This document shows, piece by piece, positions 14,901 to 23,855 of a stretch of 64,000 nt of DNA (position 1 is its first letter; the number at the start of each line of letters is the position of its first letter). Origin of the DNA: Bacteroidaceae bacterium (GTDB lineage: Bacteria; Bacteroidota; Bacteroidia; Bacteroidales; Bacteroidaceae); NCBI GenBank assembly GCA_017483665.1, contig JAFUVM010000082.1:300-64299 (forward strand). Direction: 5' to 3'. A program made the position numbers and the translations under genes. The notes beneath the pieces are model-generated. The model searched no databases and had not been told where the DNA came from. It was given only the letters and a program-made list of their open reading frames with translations.

Positions 14901-17466
14901 GCCTCAGTTGCCTGCTCGGTCGATTGCCGACGCGGTGAGCCGGACGCTTGCCGAAAGGTCGTGCGTGGTCATCACCGCGCCTCCGGGAGCCGGCAAATCG
15001 ACCCTCTTGCCCCTCACCCTCATGCTCGATGCACCGGTGGAGGGCAAGATTCTGATGCTCGAACCGCGCCGCCTGGCCGCCCGGCAAATAGCGGAACGCA
15101 TGGCGTCGCTTCTCGGCGAACCCGTCGGGAAGCGCGTCGGCTACCGCATCCGCTTTGACACCCAGGTCAGCCGGGACACCAGAATCGAGGTCCTGACCGA
15201 GGGCATCCTGACGCGAATGCTGGAGCATGACCCGACGCTCGACGGCGTGGGCATCGTCATCTTCGACGAGTTCCACGAACGCAGCCTGCATTCCGACCTC
15301 GCCCTCGCGCTTTCCCGACAGGCTCAGCAACTCCTCCGGCCCGACCTCCGCCTTGTCATCATGTCCGCCACCATCGATGCTTCGGCCATCTGCCAAGCCT
15401 TGCAGGCTCCCCTCATCGAGAGCGAGGGACGGATGTTCCCCGTCGATATTGTCTATGCGAAAGAGGACATCGACCGCCGCGACATGCCGCAAGTGGCCGC
15501 GAGCACCGTCCGCCGGGCCCTCAAGGAGCACGACGGCGACATCCTCGTCTTTCTTCCCGGACAGGCGGACATCATGAAGTGTGCCGAACTGCTGCAAGGC
15601 GGACCCCCTCTGACTCCCCCTTTAGGGGGAGAAACAAGTGCGAGAAAACCTCTTGCCATCCTGCCTCTCTACGGCAATCTGCCGCCTGCGGAGCAACGCA
15701 GAGCCATCCTTCCGTCGAGGGACGGCGAGCGGAAAGTGGTCATTGCCACGCCTATTGCCGAGACTTCGCTGACGATTGAGGGCGTCCGCATCGTGGTTGA
15801 CAGCGGGCTTTGCCGCACGCTTGTCTTCGACGGACGCAGCGGTCTGAGCCACCTCGAAACGGTCCCCGTCAGCATGGACATGGCGAAGCAGCGTGCCGGA
15901 CGCGCAGGCCGACTGGCTCCCGGCACGTGTTATCGGCTCTGGACGAAGGCGGCGGAGCATCGCATGGCAGAGCAACGCAGGCCAGAGATACTGGATGCCG
16001 ACCTCGCGCCGCTGCTTCTGGACGTCGCCGCCTTTGGCGAACCCGACGCTTCCGCCCTGCCGTGGCTCACGCCGCCGCCTGTGAAGAGTCTCGTTGAGGC
16101 GCGTCATCTGCTCCTTTCCCTCGGGGCAATCAATGAAAAAGGCATCACGCCGTTGGGCAAAAGAATGGCCGAGCTGCCTTGTCATCCCCGCATTTCCAGG
16201 ATGATACTCCGTGCCGCCTCGCTCGGCCAGACCAGCCTCGCCTGCGACATCGCCGCGCTCCTCGAGGAGAAAGACCCGTTGGCAGGACAGGAGACGAGCG
16301 CCGACATTGCCCTGCGCATCGAAAGCCTCCCCCGTCCCTTCCAAAGGAGGGGGGAACCATCGCGAGGGAGTGTCTGGCAACGCATCATAGAGGTGGCCGC
16401 CGCTTACCGCAGGATGATGAAGATTTCGCCGTTCCCCCCTCCTTTGGAGGGGACGGGGGAGGCCTTTTGTGGCGCTTTGCTGGCTTACGCTTACCCCGAA
16501 CGCGTGGCGATGCAAATGGACAGGGCCGGACGCTACAGGCTTGCCAGCGGCGATGAGGTACGCATTGACCTGAGCGATCCTCTCTCGGCTCATCCGTGGC
16601 TTGTCTTTGCCAAAACCAATTCCATCAATAGCGCAAGTAAAGAAGCCTCCCTTTTAAGGGGAGGTTTGGTGGGGTCCTCTGTCGAGCCGGACGACCTGGA
16701 GGAACTGGCTACGGAGCGCGATCTTGTGGCGTGGGACGCCAAGCAAGACTGTCTGCTCATGCAGCACGAATGGAACATCGGGCGGCTTCTGCTTCGTTCC
16801 AAACCCATTCACGATGCGCCGCGCGACTTGCAGGAACGTGCCATCTGCGATGCTGTGACGAAGAACGGACTGAGCATGTTGTCGTGGAACGACGAGGTGG
16901 GGGCTTTGCAACGGCGTGTCGCTCAGGTTGCCGCGTGGCATCCAGAGCTGGACATCCCCGACCTCTCCACGCAGCATCTGCTTGAGACGGCGCACGAATG
17001 GCTGCCTTTCTATCTTGACGATGGCGGTCGCTTGCGTACGACGGGAGCGGCGCTTCGCAAAATCAATCTGTGCGATGCGCTTTGGGCGCTCATCCCCTAT
17101 GATGTGCAGCAGCAGGTGGAGCGTCTGGCTCCGTCGCACGTTGTGGTGCCGACGGGCAGCCGCATCCGTCTGGACTACCGTGTCGGAGCGGAGGCACCTG
17201 TCTTGAGTGTCCGCTTGCAGGAGTGTTTCGGGATGAGGGAGACGCCTTGTGTGGACGATGGCCGTGTGCCCGTCCTGATGGAACTGCTCTCGCCGGGCTT
17301 TAAGCCGGTCCAGCTTACGCGGGACCTCGGCAGCTTCTGGCAGAACACTTACTTCGAGGTGCGAAGCGAGTTACGCCGTCGGTACCCCAAGCACTCCTGG
17401 CCGGACAATCCGCTGGAGGCGAAGGCCGTGAGGGGAGTTGGGAAAGGTAAAAAGGTGAAAAAGTAA
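14887..17466 (+). CDS. hrpB: ATP-dependent RNA helicase HrpB with four in-frame palindromic-unit insertions
   Basis: VVITAPPGAGKST, FDEFHERS, SATID, TPIAETSLTIEGV, QRAGRAGR, plus the HrpB C-terminal domain. The extra segments [27 protein letters not shown] and SLLRGGLVG map onto repeat units. Confidence 0.92.
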   Translation: MNYELPQLPARSIADAVSRTLAERSCVVITAPPGAGKSTLLPLTLMLDAPVEGKILMLEPRRLAARQIAERMASLLGEPVGKRVGYRIRFDTQVSRDTRIEVLTEGILTRMLEHDPTLDGVGIVIFDEFHERSLHSDLALALSRQAQQLLRPDLRLVIMSATIDASAICQALQAPLIESEGRMFPVDIVYAKEDIDRRDMPQVAASTVRRALKEHDGDILVFLPGQADIMKCAELLQGGPPLTPPLGGETSARKPLAILPLYGNLPPAEQRRAILPSRDGERKVVIATPIAETSLTIEGVRIVVDSGLCRTLVFDGRSGLSHLETVPVSMDMAKQRAGRAGRLAPGTCYRLWTKAAEHRMAEQRRPEILDADLAPLLLDVAAFGEPDASALPWLTPPPVKSLVEARHLLLSLGAINEKGITPLGKRMAELPCHPRISRMILRAASLGQTSLACDIAALLEEKDPLAGQETSADIALRIESLPRPFQRRGEPSRGSVWQRIIEVAAAYRRMMKISPFPPPLEGTGEAFCGALLAYAYPERVAMQMDRAGRYRLASGDEVRIDLSDPLSAHPWLVFAKTNSINSASKEASLLRGGLVGSSVEPDDLEELATERDLVAWDAKQDCLLMQHEWNIGRLLLRSKPIHDAPRDLQERAICDAVTKNGLSMLSWNDEVGALQRRVAQVAAWHPELDIPDLSTQHLLETAHEWLPFYLDDGGRLRTTGAALRKINLCDALWALIPYDVQQQVERLAPSHVVVPTGSRIRLDYRVGAEAPVLSVRLQECFGMRETPCVDDGRVPVLMELLSPGFKPVQLTRDLGSFWQNTYFEVRSELRRRYPKHSWPDNPLEAKAVRGVGKGKKVKK
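15614..15631. repeat. Perfect palindrome CTCCCCC-TTTA-GGGGGAG inside hrpB
   Basis: Read directly from the sequence. Related to units at 37929, 51650, 56270, 59395 and 61170. Confidence 0.85.
16326..16465. repeat. Inverted pair of ~30-bp units inside hrpB
   Basis: gcctcccccgtcccttccaaaggagggggg at 16326, and its reverse complement ccccctcctttggaggggacgggggaggc ending at 16465. Confidence 0.85.
16645..16676. repeat. Palindromic unit CCTCCC-TTTTAA-GGGGAGG inside hrpB
   Basis: gcctcccttttaaggggaggtttggtggggtcc. Confidence 0.7.
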
Positions 17467-17617
17467 AAAAGTAAAAGGTGAAAAAGTAAAAAGGTAAAAG
17501 TTGAAAAAGTAAAAAAGTAAAAGGTGGAAAAGTAAAAAGGGAAAAAGGTGAAAAAGTGAAAAGGTTAAGGGGGATATGTTTTTTACCTTTTCACTTTTTC
17601 ACCTTTTCACTTTTACC
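17441..17617. repeat. Long A-rich GTAAAAG/GTGAAAAG tandem with a short inverted right arm
   Basis: ~130 bp of degenerate (g)gtaaaaa(g)gtgaaaaa units, then ttttaccttttcactttttcaccttttcacttttacc. It encodes the HrpB tail GKGKKVKK and covers the stop of the 17613 gene. Confidence 0.85.
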
Positions 17618-19754
17618 AGATGTCTTCCGGTTCGATGGGATTGTCGTAGATTTCCTTTGCGCAGTATTCGATGAAGTCCATGTAGAACTCCTTTCTGTCG
17701 GAGTCAAGCACAGACTTGAGTCGGATGTAGTACGTTTCGTTGGGGTCGAGAGTCTGGCGGACGAAGATGTGACGGATGTTCTCGCGGTCGTTCCAGTCGC
17801 GTTCGGTTCCGTCGTTGGAGTTGATGGACTTCGGGCCTTTCATGTAGCCGTTGTTGCGCATGTTCTTGTCGTGTTCGGCGTTTGAGTCGTCGTCGTTGGG
17901 ATCATCCACGACCCATCCCACTTCCTGTGCCGTGAGGGCGTTGCGGCAGTCCTTTGTCAGGTCCAGGGGGATGCCTGTGACGGGCAGCTGGTCGGGGTTG
18001 TTTCCGAAGTAGATCTGTGCGATGCCTCGGTTGCCGTTGGCAAGCACTTTGTAGCGTACCTCGTAGGTTCCGCGGCGTGGTACGGGCGGGAGCTTGAAGG
18101 TGACGTCGAAGCGTCCGACGGCTTTCATCTCGTCGCGATGCAGGTTGCACCAGTCGTCGTTCCATGCGTTGTAGTAGACGAAGTTCATGTCGGCGTTCTG
18201 CTGCATGTTCTCGAAGTAGTTGTATGTGCGCACGGTGTTGGGTATGTAGACGTGCTTGGAGTCTTCTCCGGTGGCTTTCTTCAGTCGGATGTCGTTGTTC
18301 ATGGCTTCGGGGAAGAGGCTCATGCCGTCGAACCGGATGCGGTTGCGCTGCAGGTCGTTGCGCACTTCGTCGTTGTAGGAGATGGGTGCGTCGATGGGGT
18401 AGACGATGCAGTTGGTCATGTCTTCGAGGATAGCCTTGGGCGAGTCGGCGTCGACGAGGGCGCCCACCTTATCGGGCTTGCAGCCGATTTCCTCGCCTGT
18501 GCCGCGCCGTCCGTTGTCGGTGATTGGGAAGCGGTTGATGTAGACACCGTTGCTGGCTCCGCTTTCGGTGAGCTTGAAGAGGCGGCGCTTGCCCATCGTG
18601 GTGTAGAACTCATAGACGGGGATGGAGTAGGAGAGCGGTTTGCTCAGGTTGTAGCCGTACTCGTTGAAGTGGAAGACGAGCTTGCCCTTCGGGATGCGCA
18701 TGGGCAGGATGTGGTAGGTAATCCACTGGTAGAGCAGGTTGTCCTCGCTCTCGTAGTTGTCGTCGGTCGTGAACTTGTCGTCTTCGCTGTACTGGTGGTT
18801 GTCGATAATCCACTGGATGAGCTTTCGGAGCAGGTCGGGGTCGGCGGGGTCGATGCCTTCGCTTAGCCAGAAGTCGTCGGGCTCGGCGAAGATGGTGAAG
18901 CCGTAGAGACGGTGCTTGGGTGCGTAGCCTATTTCGCCTTCGGCAAAGCCGTAGCTTGTCATGCCGACGAGGTTGGGTATCTGGCCTGTCTGGTAGAGTT
19001 CCTCGTAGCGTTCGTCGCGCACGGCGTTGAGCGTGTCGAGCAGTCCGCAGGCCTGTATGACGCGGAAGCAAGCCAGGAAGTCGCCCTTCTTTTCGTCGAG
19101 GCATTCCTGTATGTACTTAGTGGCTGTGATGTTCTTGGGGGCAATGACTTTGCCTATCTGGTGTATGATGCCGTTGATGGAGAGGATGTCGCGCTCGGTG
19201 CTGCTGATGGGGCAGTCCTTGTTGATGTAGATGCTGTCGGGCTCTTTGTCAACGTAGCGGACGGAGAGCTTCTCGTCGTTGAGGTTAGCCAGGATGAACT
19301 CGTCGCCGCTCTTTTCCGGGAAGTCGTAGGTGTAGTAGAATGCTTCGGGCTCGTCTCCGCCGTTGATGATGCTGTTGAAGACGATGACCTTGCGGATGGA
19401 GTCGAGCTTGTGCTGGTTGGGGAAGGCGTCCCACGAGGGCTCTGTGATGAGTCCTTCCTCCACCAGGCTCTCCAGGTATTTCTGGATGGCCTCGTTGGTC
19501 GGGGCAAAGACGGTGAAGACGCCGCGTGCGCTGAGCAGCTGGCTGACCTTCGATCCGCTGATTCTGCTGACGTCCACCTTGCGGAGCAGGTCGACGTACG
19601 AGCTGTAGGCTTCGTGCTTTTCCAAGTAGCTGAGGATGGTTTCCTCGGTGAAGACATAGCGTGCCGAGGTGTCGATGGTCTCCTTGCATCCGCAGACGCA
19701 GACAAGGGCGACAGCGGCAAGGAAAAGCTTAAAAGAGGGCTTGATGCGTATCAT
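17613..19754 (-). CDS. Large surface lipoprotein with fasciclin (FAS1)-like domain
   Basis: Start at MIRIKPSFKLFLAAVALVCVCGC (lipobox). FAS1-like segment: LLSARGVFTVFAPTNEAIQKYL. 713 aa. Confidence 0.8.
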   Translation of the reverse strand: MIRIKPSFKLFLAAVALVCVCGCKETIDTSARYVFTEETILSYLEKHEAYSSYVDLLRKVDVSRISGSKVSQLLSARGVFTVFAPTNEAIQKYLESLVEEGLITEPSWDAFPNQHKLDSIRKVIVFNSIINGGDEPEAFYYTYDFPEKSGDEFILANLNDEKLSVRYVDKEPDSIYINKDCPISSTERDILSINGIIHQIGKVIAPKNITATKYIQECLDEKKGDFLACFRVIQACGLLDTLNAVRDERYEELYQTGQIPNLVGMTSYGFAEGEIGYAPKHRLYGFTIFAEPDDFWLSEGIDPADPDLLRKLIQWIIDNHQYSEDDKFTTDDNYESEDNLLYQWITYHILPMRIPKGKLVFHFNEYGYNLSKPLSYSIPVYEFYTTMGKRRLFKLTESGASNGVYINRFPITDNGRRGTGEEIGCKPDKVGALVDADSPKAILEDMTNCIVYPIDAPISYNDEVRNDLQRNRIRFDGMSLFPEAMNNDIRLKKATGEDSKHVYIPNTVRTYNYFENMQQNADMNFVYYNAWNDDWCNLHRDEMKAVGRFDVTFKLPPVPRRGTYEVRYKVLANGNRGIAQIYFGNNPDQLPVTGIPLDLTKDCRNALTAQEVGWVVDDPNDDDSNAEHDKNMRNNGYMKGPKSINSNDGTERDWNDRENIRHIFVRQTLDPNETYYIRLKSVLDSDRKEFYMDFIEYCAKEIYDNPIEPEDIW

Positions 19755-19793
19755 AGTGTTTCGTTTTACTCCATATTTGTGCAAAGTATGCCA

Positions 19794-19801
19794 CAAAGTT
19801 A
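19794..19801 (-). promoter_or_regulatory. -7 box TAACTTTG for the fasciclin lipoprotein gene
   Basis: Plus-strand caaagtta, 40 nt upstream of ATG 19754. Confidence 0.45.
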
Positions 19802-19937
19802 GCACAAAATATGATTCAAAGCAACATTTTGCCCGTTTTTTTTCTGTTTCGTGTTAAAATCCTCTGCGCTTGACTAAAAATCGTGCCAAAGGCACAGAAA
19901 TCCCCTGCGACGTGCCATAAACTTCTTCGCCCCTCGG

Positions 19938-20040
19938 CATAAAACTTTTTCAGTGGCTTGGAAATATATTTCAAAGCCTTGGAAATATATTTTAGTGGTT
20001 TGGAAATATATTTTAGTGCCTTAGATTTTGTTTTGTCGCA
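19938..20040 (+). repeat. GGAAATATATTT array element, copy 1 (orientation A)
   Basis: cataaaactttttcagtggc, followed by 3-4 units spaced 23-24 bp apart, each containing GGAAATATATTT. Confidence 0.9.
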
Positions 20041-20049
20041 GGGAATTCG

Positions 20050-20057
20050 TAACTTTG
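20050..20057 (+). promoter_or_regulatory. -7 box TAACTTTG for the HU-like gene
   Basis: TAnnTTTG match 64 nt upstream of ATG 20121. Confidence 0.45.
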
Positions 20058-20076
20058 CAGACGGGAGTGACACATT

Positions 20077-20120
20077 TTATATAATAAAGAACGGAAAATT
20101 ATATAATAAAGAACGGAAAA
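20077..20120 (+). repeat. Perfect 22-bp tandem duplication TTATATAATAAAGAACGGAAAA x2
   Basis: 20077-20098 is identical to 20099-20120, and the duplication ends at the HU-like ATG. Confidence 0.95.
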
Positions 20121-20756
20121 ATGGCAAAGTACATCAAGAAAGAAATGCCCGACCTGAGCGGTAAGGGCAAAACGGGAGCCTACTACCGTATGGCTACGTT
20201 CAGCAACATCAGCTCGAAGGAATTCATGGAGAAGTGCGCCAAGCACGGCGGCATGCCGCAGAGCGCCATCATGGGTTCGCTGGCCATCGTATGCGAGGAA
20301 CTGGCGCGCCAGCTGGCCGACGGCTACTCCGTGACCATCGACGGACTGGGCACCTTCAGCACCAAGCTCGGCGTGAAGGAGACCAAGGAGCTCGACAACT
20401 TCGAGAAGGACGAGAAGAAGCGCAACGCACAGAGCCTGGAGGTGTCGGGCATCGTCTACCGCGCTGACAAGAAACTCGTCAGGGTAACCAACCAGAACTG
20501 CACCCTGGAGCGGGCCGGCGAGCGCCGTCTGGCACGCTCGAAGTACAGCCCCGCCGAGCGGCTCGCCCTGGCTAAGGAGTTCATGGCAAAGAGTGGATTC
20601 ATGCACGTCTACGACTATGTGAAGCTCACCGGCCTGTCCTACACCACAGCCTCGCTCGAGCTACGGCAGCTGGCCGACGACCCCAAGAGCGGCATCATCT
20701 CGCGCGGACAGAAGAGCGCCAAGCTCTACCTCCCCGCACAGGACGTACAGGAATAG
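20121..20756 (+). CDS. HU-family (Bacteroidetes HU-HIG type) DNA-binding protein with C-terminal extension
   Basis: MAKYIKKEMPDLSGKGKTGAYYRM..IVCEELARQLADGYSVTIDGLGTFSTKLG is the typical Bacteroidales HU-like paralogue. Confidence 0.8.
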   Translation: MAKYIKKEMPDLSGKGKTGAYYRMATFSNISSKEFMEKCAKHGGMPQSAIMGSLAIVCEELARQLADGYSVTIDGLGTFSTKLGVKETKELDNFEKDEKKRNAQSLEVSGIVYRADKKLVRVTNQNCTLERAGERRLARSKYSPAERLALAKEFMAKSGFMHVYDYVKLTGLSYTTASLELRQLADDPKSGIISRGQKSAKLYLPAQDVQE

Positions 20757-20828
20757 GAAAACAAACCATTACATAACAACCGTCGCCTCCCGCCTCCCGA
20801 CGGAAGGGACCATTAACTAACCAAACAC

Positions 20829-22001
20829 ATGAAGAAAAAACTCTTCCCCGTCCTCGCTGCAATGGCAGCCGGACTGTGCCTCGCCGCTTGCGGAAGCAAG
20901 ACGGAACAGAGCACACAGAGCGGTGACACCATCACCCTCTCAGGTCTCAACCCCGCTGACTTCGCCAGCGACTCCACATCACTCTATATCCTCCGCAACG
21001 ATGCAGGTATGGAGGTGTGCTTCACCAACTTTGGCGGACGCATCGTCAGCATCATGGTGCCCGACAAGGAAGGCAACATGACGGACGTCTGCCTCGGACA
21101 CGACAACATCGCCGACTACGTGAAGTACGGAGCCGAAGGCTGCAACTTCGGCGCTCTCATCGGACGCTACGGCAACCGCATCGCCAAGGGTCAGTTCACC
21201 CTCGACGGCGAGAACTACCAGCTTCCCATCAACAACGGACCCAACAGCCTGCACGGCGGCGGCCCCATCGCCTTCCACAACCGCATCTGGGAGGCTAACC
21301 AAATCGACGGGCAGAACCTGGAGTTCTCCACCACAAGCCCCGACGGTGAGGACGGATATCCCGGCAACATCGACGTGAAGGTAACGTACACCCTCACCGA
21401 CGACAACGCCCTGCAGATCATGTACACAGCCACGACCGACAAGGCTACCGTGCTGAACCTGACCAACCACTGCTACTTCAACCTCAGCGGCGACCCCAGC
21501 AAGGACTGCCTCGACGAAATCCTCCAGCTCGATGCTGACCAGTTCACAGCCGTCGACGCTGACGTGGCCGTCACAGGCGAAGTGCTCAGCGTAGAAGGCA
21601 CGCCCTTCGACTTCCGCACTCCCACAGCCATCGGCGACCGCATCAACGACGAGAGCAGCGAACAGATCGTCAACGGTCACGGCTACGACCACAACTGGAT
21701 TCTCAACGGCGCAGGCGAAGTCACCTCTGCCCCCCGCAGCTTCGGCACACTCTACGACCCCAACAGCGGCATCCAGATGGAGATGTTCACCGACCAGCCC
21801 GGCGTACAGTTCTATGCAGGCAACTTCCTCGACGGCAGCTTCGTGGGCAAGAAGGGCGTGAGGTACCCGCGCCGCAGCGCCTTCTGCTTCGAGACACAGC
21901 ACTATCCCGACAGCCCCAACCACCCCGAATGGCCCAGCACGACACTCCGTCCAGGAGAGGTCTACCTGACATACACCATTTATAAGTTCACCACGAAGTA
22001 A
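20829..22001 (+). CDS. galM: Aldose 1-epimerase (galactose mutarotase), lipoprotein form
   Basis: Lipobox LAAC, then GGRIVS..GRYGNRIA..F.LDG..Y.L..NNGPNSLHGG..LTNHCYFNL..YDHNW. Confidence 0.9.
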   Translation: MKKKLFPVLAAMAAGLCLAACGSKTEQSTQSGDTITLSGLNPADFASDSTSLYILRNDAGMEVCFTNFGGRIVSIMVPDKEGNMTDVCLGHDNIADYVKYGAEGCNFGALIGRYGNRIAKGQFTLDGENYQLPINNGPNSLHGGGPIAFHNRIWEANQIDGQNLEFSTTSPDGEDGYPGNIDVKVTYTLTDDNALQIMYTATTDKATVLNLTNHCYFNLSGDPSKDCLDEILQLDADQFTAVDADVAVTGEVLSVEGTPFDFRTPTAIGDRINDESSEQIVNGHGYDHNWILNGAGEVTSAPRSFGTLYDPNSGIQMEMFTDQPGVQFYAGNFLDGSFVGKKGVRYPRRSAFCFETQHYPDSPNHPEWPSTTLRPGEVYLTYTIYKFTTK

Positions 22002-22067
22002 ACGCCGGCCTGCCGACACGGGCAGGCATCAGCGTCGCGAGCTACACATTATATATAATATACGAAT

Positions 22068-22137
22068 AGCACGAACCGCACCAATTCCCGCATGTCCGGC
22101 AAACGGAGAACGGGTGATTGGTGCGGTTCGTGCTTTT
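22068..22137. terminator. Perfect 18-bp stem hairpin between convergent genes
   Basis: agcacgaaccgcaccaat ... attggtgcggttcgtgct followed by ttt. The 31-nt loop has its own sub-stem tccg/cgga. Confidence 0.55.
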
Positions 22138-22153
22138 CGTCGTACTTCGGAGC

Positions 22154-22303
22154 CTACTCCTCCCCGGCGGAAGCAGCGTCTTTCGGCGCATGCGAGTGCG
22201 GGTCGGGGAAACGCTTGTCGCCGTTGCTCACCGTTTCCTCCCAGGGCTTGATGGTCTTTGCCTCGCCCGTGTGGTCGTCTTTCCTTACCCAATAGCTTGC
22301 CAT
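22154..22303 (-). CDS. Possible 49-aa hypothetical protein
   Basis: ATG at 22303 inside track ORF 22154..22657: MASYWVRKDDHTGEAKTIKPWEETVSNGDKRFPDPHSHAPKDAASAGEE. GC-ending codons, downstream of dusB on the same strand. Confidence 0.35.
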   Translation of the reverse strand: MASYWVRKDDHTGEAKTIKPWEETVSNGDKRFPDPHSHAPKDAASAGEE

Positions 22304-22350
22304 AGTCTTTCGTGTGTTAGAAGTTTGGTGGGGTATATATGGTTTTTCAC

Positions 22351-23385
22351 TCATGAGCAGGCCTTCAGCATCTGCCTTGACTTCTCGATGAAGGCGAAGA
22401 CTTCGTCCCTTGTCTCGGCGCGGAGCATGGCGATGCGTGTTTCGCGATAGTTGGGGATGCCCTTGAAGAGAGGCGTCGCGGCGAGGTGACGGCGGACGTG
22501 CATGATGCCGCACAGCTCGGGATTCTTGCCGTTGGCGGCATAGGCAGGGTTCTGGCAGGCGCGTTCGATGCTGATGTCCACCTGTCGGCACAGAATGTCT
22601 ATCTTCTCGTCGAGCGTGAGGGGATGCTCCGGATGCGTTATCTCGTGGAATATCCACGGGCGGCCAAAGGTTGCGCGGCCTATCATCACGGCATCCACGC
22701 CATAGCGGTCGAAGGCTTGCTGCGCTTCCTCGGCCGAGGTAATGTCGCCGTTGCCGATGATGGGAATGTGCATGCGAGGGTTGGACTTCACAAGTCCGAT
22801 GTTCGTCCAGTCGGCAGAACCTGTGTACATCTGCGAGCGAGTGCGGCCATGAACCGTGAGGGCCTGTATGCCGCAGTCCTGCAGCCGTTCGGCCAAGTCA
22901 ACGATGAAGGGCGTGCCGTCGGGCAGGAGGAGATGCTTCTCGTCCCAGGCCAGGCGTGTCTTGACCGTGACGGGAGTGTCGGGAACGGCGTCCACAACGG
23001 CGCGGGCGATGCTGAGCATGCCGGGCACGTTCTGCAGCATGCCTGCGCCGGCGCCCTTGCCTGCCACCTTCTTCACGGGGCATCCGAAGTTGATGTCAAG
23101 CACGTCCGGGTGGGCTTGGTCCACCACGATGCGTGCCGCCTCGCGCATGGTGTCCGCGTCCTTGCCGTATATCTGTATGGCTACGGGGCGTTCCTCGGGG
23201 CATATCTGCAGCTTGAGCAGACTTTTGTTCACCTGGCGAATGAGTGCATCGCTCGAGACAAACTCCGAGTACACCATGGCGGCACCCATCTGTCGGCACA
23301 GCAGGCGGAAGCCAATGTCGGTGACATCCTCCATCGGCGCAAGCAGCACGGGCCGATTGCCAAGGTCAATGGTTCCTATTTTCAC
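22351..23385 (-). CDS. dusB: tRNA-dihydrouridine synthase (DusB-like)
   Basis: LLAPMEDVTD..DINFGCP..GAG..VTVKTR..HGRT. The start codon at 23385 is GTG. Confidence 0.9.
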   Translation of the reverse strand: MKIGTIDLGNRPVLLAPMEDVTDIGFRLLCRQMGAAMVYSEFVSSDALIRQVNKSLLKLQICPEERPVAIQIYGKDADTMREAARIVVDQAHPDVLDINFGCPVKKVAGKGAGAGMLQNVPGMLSIARAVVDAVPDTPVTVKTRLAWDEKHLLLPDGTPFIVDLAERLQDCGIQALTVHGRTRSQMYTGSADWTNIGLVKSNPRMHIPIIGNGDITSAEEAQQAFDRYGVDAVMIGRATFGRPWIFHEITHPEHPLTLDEKIDILCRQVDISIERACQNPAYAANGKNPELCGIMHVRRHLAATPLFKGIPNYRETRIAMLRAETRDEVFAFIEKSRQMLKACS

Positions 23386-23416
23386 GCAGCCTCAATTATG
23401 AACTATGAACTATGGA

Positions 23417-23842
23417 CTATGAACTATGGACTGCCTTGAATGCCAAGGCGTACATCTTCATCTGCTTGAGCATGGCCCCGAGGCCGTTGCTGCGGGTGGG
23501 GGAGAGGTGCTCGCGCAGGCCGATTGCTTCGATGAAGTAAAGGTCGGCATCCAGTATCTCCTGTGGCGTATGGTCGGAGAGCACGCGCACCAGCAGGGCT
23601 ACGATGCCTTTCACGATGAGTGCGTCGCTCTCGGCGCGGAACTGCAGCTTGCCGTCCACCAGGTCGGCCTGCAGCCAGACTCGGCTCTGGCAGCCGTCGA
23701 TGAGGTTCTGCTCCGTCTTGTATTTCTCGTCCAAGGGAGCTTGTTCGCTGCCCAGGTCGATGAGCAGTTGGTAGCGGTCCATCCAGTCGTCGAAGTCGCT
23801 GAACTCAGCGATGACCTCGTCTTGTGTCTCGTTTATTGTCAT
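23417..23842 (-). CDS. sufE: SufE-like cysteine desulfuration protein
   Basis: Start placed at MTINETQDEVIAEF. Motifs: DRYQLLIDLG..IDGCQSRVWL..SDALIVKGI..SNGLGAML. The track ORF extends further 5' through a 9-bp tandem (PIRPIGPIR..). Confidence 0.85.
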   Translation of the reverse strand: MTINETQDEVIAEFSDFDDWMDRYQLLIDLGSEQAPLDEKYKTEQNLIDGCQSRVWLQADLVDGKLQFRAESDALIVKGIVALLVRVLSDHTPQEILDADLYFIEAIGLREHLSPTRSNGLGAMLKQMKMYALAFKAVHSS

Positions 23843-23855
23843 GTGGCTTGTGAGG

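Noticed and set aside
19816-20073. Small ORFs across the GGAAATATATTT arrays and 22-bp arrays (19816-20073, 19958-20164, 33954-34313, 34169-34450, 12741-13031, 27263-27583, 48933-49613).
   Set aside because: Their peptides are periodic artefacts of the DNA repeats (KALKYISKPLKYIS.., PRAYFGSAS..), and they appear on both strands.
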